Assembly: GCA_964016885.1 (NCBI GenBank)
Contig: OZ024744.1
Span: forward strand, 94,488,001-94,552,000
Length of the DNA: 64,000 nucleotides
Source of the DNA: Eledone cirrhosa
Taxonomy: Eukaryota
Direction: 5' to 3'
Position numbers and translations under genes: made by a program. Position 1 is the stretch's first letter. Every line of letters begins with the position of its first letter. The notes beneath the pieces are model-generated. The model did not search any database, was not told the origin of the DNA, and worked only from the letters and a program-made list of their open reading frames with translations. This document shows, piece after piece, positions 10,601 to 23,765 of the stretch.

Positions 10601-13600
10601 TGGATTTCTACGCTTTCCGATTTATGGTAAGGGACAATTCATTCAACCATCTACGCCGTTCTCGGGACCTTTTCCAACAATTTGCAGTTGTTATGGCCGT
10701 TAAAATGGAGTCCGAGAGATTATGGTTCATTAAATTAAATCAAAAGAAACTTTGATCTGAATGCTACATTCATCTACGCAATGGAATTAACAATGACATA
10801 TTCTCAGACAATTTAGGGCAAGTGTGTATTTTGCCTTCAACGTTCACAGGGGGACCCCGATACATGCACAAGAGGACTCAGGATGTCATGACTTATGTAC
10901 GACATTATCAGCGCCCCGACCTTTTCATAACGTTTACATGCAATCCCAAGTGGAAGGAGATTACAAACGAACTGTTCCACAGTCAAGCGCCAAGGCACAG
11001 CCACGATCTCATAGCAAGAGTGTTTCGCCTGAAATTATCCAAATTAATGGATTTATTAAAGAAAGGACAGGTTTTGGGGCCTGTCAGGTGCGACATGTAC
11101 ACGGTTAAATGACAGAAACGAGGGCTGCCGCATGCCCATATCTTGATTTGGTTGGTTACAAAAATCAGTTCAAACTACATCGACAAATTCATTTTTGCCG
11201 AACTACCTGATCCGTAGATTGACCAGGACCTCTTCTCTATAGTCAATCAAACAAGGTCCATGGTCTTTGCGGACATGGACTCAATATGACGTCCCCGTGC
11301 ATACACGATGGAAAGTGTACAAAACGATATCCCAGGCCGTTTTTACAGGAAACACAGACTGGCGGTGACAGATATCCGTTGTATAGGCGCAAGAGACCTG
11401 AAGACGGTGGGTTCACAGCAAAAGTTGGCGAACGCGAAATCAACAACAGCTGGATAGTGCCATATTGCCCCCTCCTCTTGAAAGCGTTCAACACCCATAT
11501 AAACGTCGAATTTTGCAACTCAGTAAAATCAATTAAATACGTTTGTAAGTACATAAACAAGGGATTGGATGCTGCTGTCTTTGGTCTTCGTCATGAAAAC
11601 CGTAGAGACGAGGTATCTGACTACCAAGCAGGCCGATACATTAGCAGCAATGAAGCCTTTCGGCGCATTTTTGGCTTCCCACTGCACCAACGACACCCCG
11701 TCATTAAACAACTTGCCGTTCACCTTGAAAACGGTCAACGGGTGTATTTCAACAATGCAACAGCTGCTCAGCTAGCGATCTCGCCAAAGGAAACTACACT
11801 CACCACCTTTTTCAAACTTTGTCAACACGACAACTTCGCTCGAACTCTGCTGTATTCTGAAATACCGTCTTACTATACATGGAACCGGACAAATGGCTAC
11901 GAAGGAAGGTAGGGCAAGAGGTGGTTGGACATCCAGGCATCAAATTCTACAATTGCCTTGGGCGAGTTTATACGGTCCACCCTACCCAACACGAATGCCG
12001 TGGACTTTTAGAAGATGAGGCACCATGGGATGCAACCTTGACGGAAGCTGCCATCTCTCAATCATCCTGTAGTCTAAGGGCACTTTTTGCTATCCTCTTG
12101 TACGTCTGTGAATTGAGCGATCCTTACTCTTTATGGCAAAAGTTTAAAGATGATTTCGCAGACGAATATAGACGTCTCGCTCAATTGCAATCTCCAAACT
12201 TAGATGTCGGCTTTTCAGACGCTATATATAACAGAGCTCTGATCGATATTGAAGACAGAGTGGCTTGAATGGGCGGAAATGTCTTGGAGAAATATGGGCT
12301 TCCGCAAACACTTTGAGATGCACCATCTGACATTCCCAGCGACATTATACGTGAAACGTCATATGATGTCGACGAACTCAAAAGGTATGTTGAAGAAAAT
12401 GAACCAAAACTTCTAATGGATCATAAACAAGCCTACAACATTGTCATTGATTCCATCCGTAATCGGGGAGGGGGTATATTCTTCCTGGACGCACCTGGAG
12501 GCACAGGCAAAACATTTGTAATCAAACTTTTACTTGCTGCAGTGAGGCAACACGGAAACATCGCATTGGCCGTGGCTTCTTTCAGCATTGCAGCAACTTT
12601 GCTGCCTGGTGGCAGGACGGCCCATTCTGCCTTCAGTCTTCCTCTCAACGTGGCATCATCTGAGACTCCCACGTGCAACATCAGCAAGTCTTCTGGGAAA
12701 GCACTGGTGTTAAAGCGCTGCCTACTAATTGTTTGGGACGAATGCACAATGGACCACAAGGTGGCTTTCGAGGCATTAGACCGGTCACTCAGAGGCATCA
12801 GGGACTGTCAAGAACAAATGGAAGGTGTCACTTTCCTGTTATCTGGAGACTTCCGACAGACTCTGGCTGTAATCCCAAAAGGTACGTGGGCTGATGAGGT
12901 TGGTGCATCTCTTAAGGACTCCCCACTTTGGCGTTATGTAAGAAAGCTGACGCTTACAACAAACATGAGAGCACAACTGCAAGGTGATGAAACATAAGCG
13001 GATTTTGCTGCTGCCATTTTGTCGTTGGGAGATGGCAAAGTCCCACTCAACGGAGATGATGCAGTGGACCTCACAGGGATTTACAGATGTGTTAAGTCAA
13101 TTGCTGAGTTACGGACGTCTGTTTTTCCTAATCTTGAGGAGAACTACACAAATCAAGAGTGGTTGTGTGAACGCGCAATATTGGCTTCAAAAAACCACAT
13201 AGCTGGAAACATCAATGAACAGCTCATGCTGTGCTTGCCTGGAAACCTGCACGTCTATAGTCCCTTGACTCTATGGCTGATCCGGACGAAGTTGTTAATT
13301 ACCCCACAGAATTTCTTAACTCCCTAGACCCTCCCAGATTGCCACCACACTCCTCAGGAATTTGGAACCCCGAAGGCTTTCCAACGGCACACGTCTGGTC
13401 GTCTAAAAGACGATGCCTCATGTTATTGAGGCAACAATACTTACAGGATGTGGTAAGGGGGATACTATCTTCATACCTAGGATACCTCTCATTCCATCCG
13501 GTAAAGATACTCCTTTCACATTCAGAAGGCTGCAATTCCCTCCCCGGCTCAGTTTCGCCATGTCGATTAACAAATCACAGGGTCAGACGCTGACGGTCGG

Positions 13601-14412
13601 AGGGCTTAATTTAGAAGAACCGTGCTTCTCCCATGGTCAACTATATGTTGGCTGCTCTCGAGTGGGGAGCCGACATAACCTATTTGCTTTTGCAACTCGC
13701 GAGAAAACCCAAAATATAGTCTATAAGGAAGTTTTATAGGCACCCCATCCGCCAACAAGTAATCGCTGTTTTTTTCTGTATAAGTGCTTACATTTGCTGT
13801 ATCCGTGAGCTATTTTTGTCCTTTTGACAATACCACGTACACCTCTGAGGTTGCTTTTGCTATATGTTATAAATGTTCAATGTCTCCGTTTTCCACATTT
13901 ATATGTTACTATTACGCTTTGCTATCGATGTTCCGTAGTTTTAACCTAATTGATCTACTTTCCCCTACATCTTATTTACACATTTTTTTTACATTCCAGC
14001 GTGATCTTGCCAAGGCCGTTTTTGTGGCCACCGATTGTTACATGCTTTTCTAGGTTACAATCTCAAATAACAAGCAAAGCAAATAGGACACACCAAAGTG
14101 GTGTAAAGGACTTCTTAAGGGCCACCACCTCTTATCGGAGTCGTCTTTGCTGACAGCTCTGCCACTGGGACTTTTAAGAGTGAACGATCCAGGTCTCTTT
14201 AGGGCCACCAACTTTAAATTGTTACCATCGGATTCATCTTTGCTGGCAGCACCGCCGCAGAGATATTTCAAAGTGATCGTTCAAAGACCCTCTTTAGGGC
14301 CAACACCTAGAAATTGTTACTTCTATAGTCGTGTTTAACAGAAGTCTTTCGGTTCATTTGAACGACTACTCCCTTGAGAGTTATACCGGGCAACGCCGGG
14401 TTCCTCTGCTAG
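7661..14412 (+). mobile_element. Full-length Helitron (6752 bp), formerly autonomous, now inactivated
   Basis: 5' end TCTATATATATAAAAC preceded by A. 3' end has hairpin ccgggcaacgccggg then CTAG followed by T. No target-site duplication. Internal Rep-helicase relic. Confidence 0.92.
9309..13739 (+). pseudogene. Helitron RepHel (HUH Rep + PIF1-family SF1 helicase) pseudogene
   Basis: Rep motifs PDLFITFTCNPKW, QKRGLPHAHILIW, KYVCKYINKG. Helicase motifs [44 protein letters not shown]-terminal CxxC zinc-finger relic. Many stops and frameshifts; probable start codon reads AAG (aag cct ccc aag aaa). Confidence 0.92.
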
Positions 14413-14744
14413 TCATGTCTATGACACAACTGAGGGACCTCCAACCCTTTGTTTGGTAAGCTTTCTACAGCTTGATGCCCTTCCTATCATCAACCACTTT
14501 ACAGCGTGTACTGGGTGCTTTTATTGCATAGATCACCAAACAGCAGAGAGAAGCTGTGATGTCATTAACACAACTGAAGGGTCCTCCCAACACTTTGTTT
14601 GACAAGCTTTCTATGGCTAGATGCCCTTCCCATCACCAGCCACTTCACAAGAGGGCGGCATCTAAGAATGTGTGTGAGGAGGGGGCATGAGATGTTTGCA
14701 GTGTGGGTGGTGTAGTGGTGTTGAAAATATATATATATTAAACA

Positions 14745-15120
14745 AGATCTCTGGCATTATGCAGTAATACAGAAGACCCACCTTCCCATGAGCACAGGCT
14801 GAAGCATACATCTAGTATGTACCACCTTCACCTCCATCCCCCTTTCATACATCTCCCATGTCCTAACACTCTGCCTCTCTCACATGCCCCTATAGCTACC
14901 TCACTCATCAAAGTCCCCAGTCCATACTGTAAAGTGGTTGTTTTGGTGCGACTACAAAAGGTACCCAGCCCACATTGTAAAGTGGTCGTGTTGGTATCAG
15001 GACACAAACCACCCAGCCTACACTGTAAGGTGGTTGTGTAGGTGTCATGACGGGTATCACCCAGCCCACTCAATGAAGCAGTTGTGTAGGTGTCACCACA
15101 AAAAGCATACAGCCCACACT
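14745..15120 (+). mobile_element. RTE LINE 3' UTR fragment containing ~4 degenerate 48-bp units
   Basis: gcagtaatacagaagaccc...cacaggctgaagcat...[cccagcccacactgtaaagtggt...] repeated. Confidence 0.7.
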
Positions 15121-15372
15121 GTATGCATATCTTCTGTAGTCACTGCCCATGTTTTACTCCCATACAGCATTGCACTTTGTATACAGGTATCATACAACTG
15201 ACCTTTCGTTCATAGAAAGAAACGTTTTGTTGTTAACATGGGTAGTTAACTCTCTAAACTTCTTCGAACCTGTTCTTATTCAAACTACTATGCTCCTGGA
15301 GCACGCCACCCTTACACTGCTAGTTAGATCACCTAGGTTGCAGAAGCTATCAACCACTTCTATGGATCCAAT
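15121..15372 (-). mobile_element. RTE LINE reverse-transcriptase C-terminal fragment
   Basis: Minus strand GSIEVVDSFCNLGDL...KKFREL...GQLYDTCIQSAMLYGSKTWAVT, homologous to 31945-32496. Confidence 0.7.
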
Positions 15373-15481
15373 TTTCAATGACGGAGGGGAAAGAGAGGTG
15401 AAGGGACCCTCGAATTTTTCATCCCCCTTCCTTCGGAATTTTCTTTACCATTTTTTCCCCTCATTTTTTTTAGTATGGTAC

Positions 15482-15772
15482 CTGGTACCAACAAATCTTA
15501 CCTCCGAATATGCTGTGGGGCTGCCACGAGATAGAGGGGGGTGTAGAGCTGCCGTGGGAGGGGGATTGCCAGAAGTTGGGGGATGCCTGACCGGAAGCAG
15601 GAGGGCGGGGCGTCTCGAGGGACCAGGTGGTCAACAGAGGCCTCTCAGCTATACGCCCTGCAAGGTGATGGACGTGTGAAGACAGACGTGAGCAGAAAGT
15701 ACCCCCGCGCGCACCAGAGAGACGCAAGGCTACACATGCTGCAAGGGATTTTTTCCCCCGGAAAACAGACAT
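15482..15772 (-). CDS. Putative first coding exon (97 codons) of an unidentified gene; N-terminus resembles a mitochondrial targeting peptide
   Basis: Unique GC/CpG-rich island. agcATG at 15772. MSVFRGKKSLAACVALRLSGARGGTFCSRLSSH has no acidic residue until position 43. Ends at a phase-0 donor CAG|GTACCA followed by AT-rich sequence. No downstream exon was identified. Confidence 0.5.
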
Positions 15773-16379
15773 GCTCCCGGAGTTTTCTTGACCTCCTAAC
15801 CCTAACCCTAACACCTTCCCGAGGGAGGTGGTTGAAAAGTAAAGTTCGACGAAAAAAACCCTTTGCAGCATGTTCGGAGGCACGATTAGTTGGTAGCACA
15901 CACACACACACAAAAAGCGAGTGAGGAAAACGGTAAAGAAAATTCGGGGAGGGGTTTGTGAAAAGTCCGAGCTCCATTTTTTCCCGGAGAAAAAAAAGTG
16001 ATAAGTTTAATTGATAGCATACGTCAAAAATAAATAAATAAACAGGAAAAAAATATTTCCCATCGAAATTTGTGGAAGTGTTTTTCTATAAATTTACCCA
16101 AACAAACACACAAAGTAAAAATATATATCGATGAAAATAATTTATATGGAATAGACAAAGTGCACATTAAAAATATCACTAAAAATAATTTGACATCAAT
16201 GTATAGAAAAATCTTAACTATAATATTAATAATGAAACCGATAGTAATATGTACGACTAGATTATTTAATGTGCCCTTTCTTTACTTATGAAGATAGAGC
16301 GGGACATTTGGTTGCTATTTCTAGCATGTAGAGCATCTACGTAAGAGACTCCTTCGTCTCTCTTTCTCTCACTCCCTAT

Positions 16380-16567
16380 GTATGTGTGTGTGTGTTTGTG
16401 TATGCGTGTATGTATGTACGTGAATATATTGGACACACACACACACACATATATATATATACACATACATACATAGACACACACAAACACACACATATTA
16501 TATATATATATATATATACACGCATACATATATATATATATACACACACACATATATATATATACAT

Positions 16568-16598
<31 letters not shown>

Positions 16599-16629
16599 CA
16601 TACACACACACATATATATATATATACAT

Positions 16630-16700
<71 letters not shown>

Positions 16701-16767
16701 AACACACACATATATATATATATATATATGAGTAAGTATGTATGTCTGCACGTGAATGTTTTTTGAT

Positions 16768-16804
<37 letters not shown>

Positions 16805-16925
16805 ACACTTACACATATAACACACAATCATATATTACACATACATATATAACACACATTCATATATAACACTTACACATACATATATAACACACATTCA
16901 TATATAACACTTACACAGATACATA
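16380..16925. repeat. Compound (TA)n/(CA)n microsatellite
   Basis: Directly visible. Confidence 0.9.
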
Positions 16926-16954
16926 TAGGAATATAAGCGGTGCGATAGGAAGAC

Positions 16955-17025
16955 ATAAAATGATGACGTATACATCGGAATAAGTGTCAATAGGGTAAAA
17001 TCAGTGAGTGCGCAGGCGCAATAAA
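16955..17025. promoter_or_regulatory. Candidate core promoter, probably bidirectional: CRE-like TGACGTA (16964-16970), CGGAA, and NRF1-type TGCGCAGGCGCA (17009-17020)
   Basis: Motif cluster in a short CpG-containing unique island between microsatellites, just upstream of a candidate donor at 17086. Confidence 0.55.
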
Positions 17026-17029
17026 CCAA

Positions 17030-17085
17030 CCGAGTTACAGAAAATAAGATAGAAAAAGACGACGAAGACTTGACATGTTTGCAAG
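17030..17085 (+). other. CNOT7: Candidate non-coding first exon of CNOT7 (5' boundary uncertain)
   Basis: Donor CAAG|GTATC at 17085/17086. The ATG-bearing exon has its own acceptor tttctcag|G at 19958/19959, so an upstream UTR exon is expected. Confidence 0.45.
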
Positions 17086-17344
17086 GTATCACACAACCAA
17101 TTTTTATATTAAGGTTTTATACCTATTATATATATATATATGTATATATTTATATAGAGAGAGAGATTTATATAACCCGAGTTACAATTAATCTCTACCA
17201 TCTCTTGTATTTCGTTTTGGTAAAGTTTTTATGTTGTTATAATTAATGTTTTTTTTTGTTTTTTTTGTTTTGTTTTATATCTTAAATTCGTAATTTCTAA
17301 AAAAAAAAAAAATATTTTTTCGGAAAAAAATTAGAATTACTTTA

Positions 17345-17350
17345 CGGATT

Positions 17351-17402
<52 letters not shown>

Positions 17403-17445
17403 AAAGTAATTCTCTGTATATAGATAATATACACATATATATCCG

Positions 17446-17517
<72 letters not shown>

Positions 17518-17559
17518 GACATTATTATTTATAAGGGTCACGTTTTCTTCTTTCTACAT

Positions 17560-17594
<35 letters not shown>

Positions 17595-18685
17595 TATATA
17601 TATATACATACACATATATATATATATATCATACATAAACACATATATATATATATACACATATATATATATATACACATATATATATACATACACACAT
17701 ATATATATACATACACACATATATATATACATACACACATATATATATACATACACACATATATATACATACACACATATATATATACATACACACATAT
17801 ATATATACATACACACATATATATATACATACACCCATATATACATACACACATATATATACATACACACATATATATACATACACACATATATATACAT
17901 ACACATATATATACATACACATATATATATACATACACATATATATATACATACACATATATATATACATACACATATATATACATACACATATATATAT
18001 ACATACACATATATATATACATACACATATATATATACATACACATATATATATACATACACACATATATATACATACACACATATATATACATACACAT
18101 ATATATACATACACATATATATATACATACACATATATATATACATACACATATATATATACATACACATATATATATACATACACATATATATACACAT
18201 ATATATATACATACACATATATATATACATACACATATATATATATACATACACATATATATACATACACATATATATACATACACATATATATACATAC
18301 ACATATATATATACATACACATATATATACATACACATATATATATACATACACATATATATATACACACACATATATATATACACACACATATATATAT
18401 ACACACATATATATATACACATATATATATATATATACACATATATATATATATATACACATATATATATATATACACATATATATATATATACACATAT
18501 ATATATATATATACACATATATATATATATACACATATATATATATATACATACACATACACATATATATATATATATATACATACACATATATATATAC
18601 ACACATATTTATACACATATATACATACATATACATATACATATATACATACACATGTATATATACATACACACAGATGTATATA
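17345..18685. repeat. (TA)n runs and a ~1.1-kb compound (CATATATATATACATACA)n microsatellite
   Basis: Directly visible; source of the spurious YICVYI ORFs. Confidence 0.9.
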
Positions 18686-18799
18686 TCGTCGTCGTTATCC
18701 ATTGAAGTGGAATGTCCGCGGCATTGTATGAAATTTGTTAATAACATTTTACAATTCCCTTCTGGTCATATCGAATATTCTTTTTCTTTCTCTCGCTTT

Positions 18800-18857
<58 letters not shown>

Positions 18858-19824
18858 CGCTTTTCTTCATTTTTATATTTTAATTATTTGCAATTAATGG
18901 GTTGTTAATTGTTTTTTGTTGTTTTTTTTTTTTTGTTGTAATTATATGTGTATATTTATTTAATTTAAATTAATATTTCGAAGCACTTCCATTGTAATAT
19001 AATTTCATTTAGAGAAGAACCATTAACTCTCTCTACCTAGAACAGACAGCCATATAGAACCACGAGAGGAACAGTTTTATTGCCAATAATATTTTTCCTC
19101 TTACTAAGGAAATCACACTAAATAACATAAAATATATACTTTCTTGTGTTCACATTTCATATACTTTATATATTATTTTTTTTATTAGTGTCCTTCCGTT
19201 AGAATTATTTTAATCTAAGTAAGTACTAGGGAAGATCTCCTCCATCCTGAAAAAAAAAAAAAGAGTAGCTGTTTATTATGGTTGCCTTTCATTTCCTTAA
19301 CTTGCTGTTCTAAATTGTTACACTTTTCTGTAGATCTCTCTATCTATCTATCTATATATATATAAAACATAATTATTATACCACGGTATTTTATTTTAAA
19401 TAGTCTAATTATTTTAGTAATATTTTTATTTTTAGCCATGTTGGATTAGTTCGAATTTTTAGGTCTAAACAAAAACATGGAACTTTTTTTTTTTTAAATT
19501 TCCCACAGTAACTGAGAAGCAATTTTTTTTTTTTCGATGTTCATTTTATTTTTCATTTTCTCTCCCTTGCAAATAGAATTAAGTTCTTTCTTTCCCTTTG
19601 TTTTTTAAATCAAATTAATTTTAATATCTTATCTAAAGCTTATATATAATATATATAGATATAGATATATATATACACATACATTTTTTTTTAGTTTAAT
19701 TTGTATTTCGACAACATATTTTAATTTGTTGCGGAGACCTGTGTAACACTTAATTATTAACACAACTAATTTACATAACACCAAATACGTTTTCAAACAG
19801 TTGTTGTTACTTCTACACACACAC

Positions 19825-19904
<80 letters not shown>

Positions 19905-20049
19905 TGTTGTTGTGAATTTGAAATTTTTTTTTCTTATTTCTTAAATTTATTTTCTCAGGTTTTGGGAATTTTATAACGATTAAAAAAATTTGCAAAGGAT
20001 TATAACAGACCCTGTACAATTCATAGTGGATAAGAGAAATGGTGTCAGG

Positions 20050-20166
20050 ATGCCTTCGGTAGTACCAGCTCCAGAATGGGGTTTCAGAGATGTGTGGCAA
20101 AGCAATTTAGAAGAAGAATTTCGACATATTCGCCAGGTTGTTCAACAATATCGATATGTCGCCATG
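20050..20166 (+). CDS. CNOT7: CNOT7/CAF1 coding exon 1 (exon begins at 19959 with 5' UTR)
   Basis: MPSVVPAPEWGFRDVWQSNLEEEFRHIRQVVQQYRYVAM; donor ATG|GTGTGT. Confidence 0.92.
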
Positions 20167-23100
20167 GTGTGTATAAAATGTTCTCCATTTGTGTGTGTGT
20201 ATTTTTATAACTAAAAAGAAAATTGTATTTTATAGTTGAATAAATTAAATGCAATTCCAAATAATTTTATATTATATTGCTCTGTTAAATGAATGTCTTC
20301 TGCGTAATTGTTTAAAGAAAACTTTGAATGGTTCGAGATGAGTAGACTAAATTGAACCATCTAAAAAAAAAAAAAGGGTAGGACTATACTTGCCAATATC
20401 ATTTTTATAAATCTAAGCTCCATTTCATTAAAACATCGTTTTGTCTTGTTCAATTAAATGGATTTTTTTTTTTTTTTAATTAGAATTCTTTTTTCCTATC
20501 AATGGACCACTTTATATATAAACGACTGGTTTCTGACTATTTTGTTTCTACTTCATTGTTTATAATTTCGGTATACCTCGAATGTTTAGCATTTGTATTT
20601 TAATGTTGAAGATTAAGAAGCAAAAAATATGTAGAGGGAGGACATGGATGTTAAGATGGAGGGTAACACTTTTCACCCAACTTCACTTCACCGTTTTTGA
20701 TAAACAATATTAAAACGGGGGGCATTTGGACACTCCTAACATACAACCCTTACAACTAATCAATGTTGTACCACACTATATGACTTGTTTCTCTCCCCCA
20801 CACATACAATTCAAACCTTAGCCTCTTTGTACGACCCCTTTTCTAACTGTTGATCAACACGCCGGGAAGAGGAAATGCACGTCGTAATGTTACAAAAAGG
20901 TAGAGCTCTTGTTATATGGAATTATGTTAGGGTTTTATTTTAGAGTTCTTAGATGGGAGAACCACAGTAAATTCGTAATTTACAGCAGCTTTGAAGACTA
21001 TATTCGTTAAAAACATATTTAAAATTCATAAAAACAAATTTCTTTCTAAATTCTAGCCAAAGCCATAAACTAAATACCTTTAATTATTTATTATTATTAC
21101 TCATCTACATGATGGACGTAATAGTAAAAACATTTCCAAAGTAGACAGCTATCAAAAGCAACTTCGATGGGATTAAAGTATTAAAGCTACAAAGGAAAAG
21201 CTAGTTGTTAAAAACATGTTGCTACATACAATCACAATAGTTTATTAAATACCAAAGGTCATTTAGTTCATGTTCGTTGTATAGTAGGCAGGTGCCATAT
21301 TTAGTCAACTGTAAAAGTGTTTGGCTGAGTAAAAGAAAAACACCCAGTCCACTCTGCAAGGTGGTTGTACTGGTGCCATGATAGAAAGCACCCAGTAGTC
21401 CAACCATAGAAAAACCAAGCCAAAGATAGAATGTATGAACAACACGTGGTCATTTGATCTGTCTAGCCTCATAATGTGATAGCCTGTCTTAACCTATTCA
21501 AGCATAGAAAGTCTTTTTGGTGACCTGTACTTTAGTCTCTTTGGTAGTTTAAAAACTATACACAAGTGACCATTAGAACAATGCAAGTTATTAGGATTAT
21601 TAGTGAGGAAGTCAAGGTCCAAGTAGTTCATATGTCTCTAGTTTTATTCATGAATAATAGCTGTAATATAATGTAGGAATGGTTTGGTTGTCTCTCTGAA
21701 CAACTTGGTTTTTGTAGTGTAGAAAATTTAAGTTCCTATTATAAAGATGAAAGTGTTAGTAAATAGTATTCCAGAGCTACTAGGCAATTTGTCAAGTTTC
21801 TACCTACTTACATATCAAGCAAGACCACGGTCAACTTGGGATATCTGGCAAAAAGACCCCCCTCCTTTTTTCCCCCCTCTCAAGTACTATTTTGATGATT
21901 GAATTCAGTTTGTAGGAGATATTTAACTCTAGCAAGTACGACAGTTATAAGTGGAAGTAAGGGTTCAAAAGGTTCAGGAAGATTGTTAACTGAGTTTTCT
22001 TTCTGTTAAAAAAATTCAGTGTGTATGCTGTCAAGAAATGAGGCTTATTCTGTTGAATGTTTGTGGTTAACCTGAAAGAAAATCAGTACAACTAAGCCAA
22101 GAGTGATTGAGCACTGCTGTCATTGGTTGTTTGTGTTTGTACGTCTGACTATATATGATGTGAATGAAGGCATGCGGCCTGCTGGTTAGGGTGTTGGGGC
22201 TCGTGATTATAAGGTCGTAGGTTTGATTCTCAGATCATGTGGAGTGTTGCGTTCTTGAACTAGATGCTTCAGTTCGTGTTGCTTTTCAATAAATACCCTG
22301 TATACTGCCAGCTAAACTTGCATGTATAAGCTGTAGATTTTATTTCATTAAAAAAAAAAAACACTTTTAAGCCCAATTTACTGAATATTTCTGACAGTTG
22401 TACTGAGAATTCTTGTGACTATTTTATTTTTGGAACCTAATACCAGAAAAATAGTTGTGATATCATTTTTAAAAAAAAACTAATTGAATTATTTCAATAT
22501 TATTTGTAGGACACAGAATTTCCTGGGGTAGTTGCCCGTCCAATTGGAGATTTTCGAAGTACAGCTGACTATCAGTACCAACTTTTACGCTGCAATGTTG
22601 ACCTGCTCAAAATCATCCAAGTCGGGATTACATTTTTAGATGATTTTGGACAGACGGCTACTCCCATTTCCACATGGCAATTCAACTTTAAATTTAATCT
22701 AACGTTAGTTTTCTATTTTTTTTGTTTCTGTTGTCTTAATTTTTAACCCTTTTGATATTAAACTGCTCCAATCTTGCCTTCATTCTACAATACAAAACTG
22801 TTTTAAAGTGTTGATATTTATCTGGAAACCTTCCATCATAATTTTATGTACGAACCTGTTATATTACTAAATCCCTTCAAATTCTTTATTCATTTTCAAA
22901 GTCTATTTCATTAGAAATATGGTAACGAAAGGGTTAAATATATACAAAATATATATAGCCACTTGAAAACTATATAACAGACCTATCAAATATTAAATCT
23001 CAAACTTAAACTGAAAATATTTAAAAATAAGTTTTGAATTCAGTATAAATTTCTGAATTGTTTCCTTGTTTGTCATTGTAGTTGGTTACAAACTTTAATG

Positions 23101-23734
23101 ACTTAAAAACGCAATTTAACGGCATTGTGTTGGACTTCAGTCAACATATCTATTTTAAGTATTAACTAGCAGTGGTACGCAGTGTTGCACGGGATAACGT
23201 ATTTTGGAACGCGGGCCGCCAACAGACCTAATCGTGGAAAAATGCATACTTAGACATGTAAAGAAAATAAACCGAATACTCTGATGGCTGGATAATCTCT
23301 AAGATTTTCCTCGATGAAGCAGGAAAAATGCAGGTTTTCACCTAATGCGGGCCCTAGGGATCAAGAAAATGAATATATTTTTTTTATGTGCATATGCTTT
23401 GAAATTTCGGGAAAATCGGCTAGACATAACACCTCCAAAAAGCCCTAAAAAAGCTGAAAAAAAATGAAGTTTTTCACCTAATGCGGGCCCTAGGATCAAA
23501 AAGTTGAATTTATGTGCATAACACTCCCTGAAACATAAGTAATACACATGTAAAGTTTGAAAAAGGTCAGTTGGGTACTTCTCGAATTTTAGGGATTCAC
23601 ACACATGCATCCTCAGGGAAGTGATGTAATGCAGACATACAGACAGATATATATATATCTATCTAAAAAAAGACTAAGAATTATAGAGATTGCTAAATTG
23701 CCTAATGCGGTCCCTAGGGCATTGAAAATTAGAA

Positions 23735-23765
<31 letters not shown>

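Noticed and set aside
12416-13739. Host PIF1 helicase gene
   Set aside because: Intronless, frameshifted, fused to an HUH Rep and enclosed by Helitron termini.
16266-18747. Long YICV-type ORFs (also 59966-60719)
   Set aside because: Microsatellite translations.
22168-22285. tRNA gene
   Set aside because: A/B-box-like head without a cloverleaf; it continues into SINE body sequence (similar at 52231-52340).
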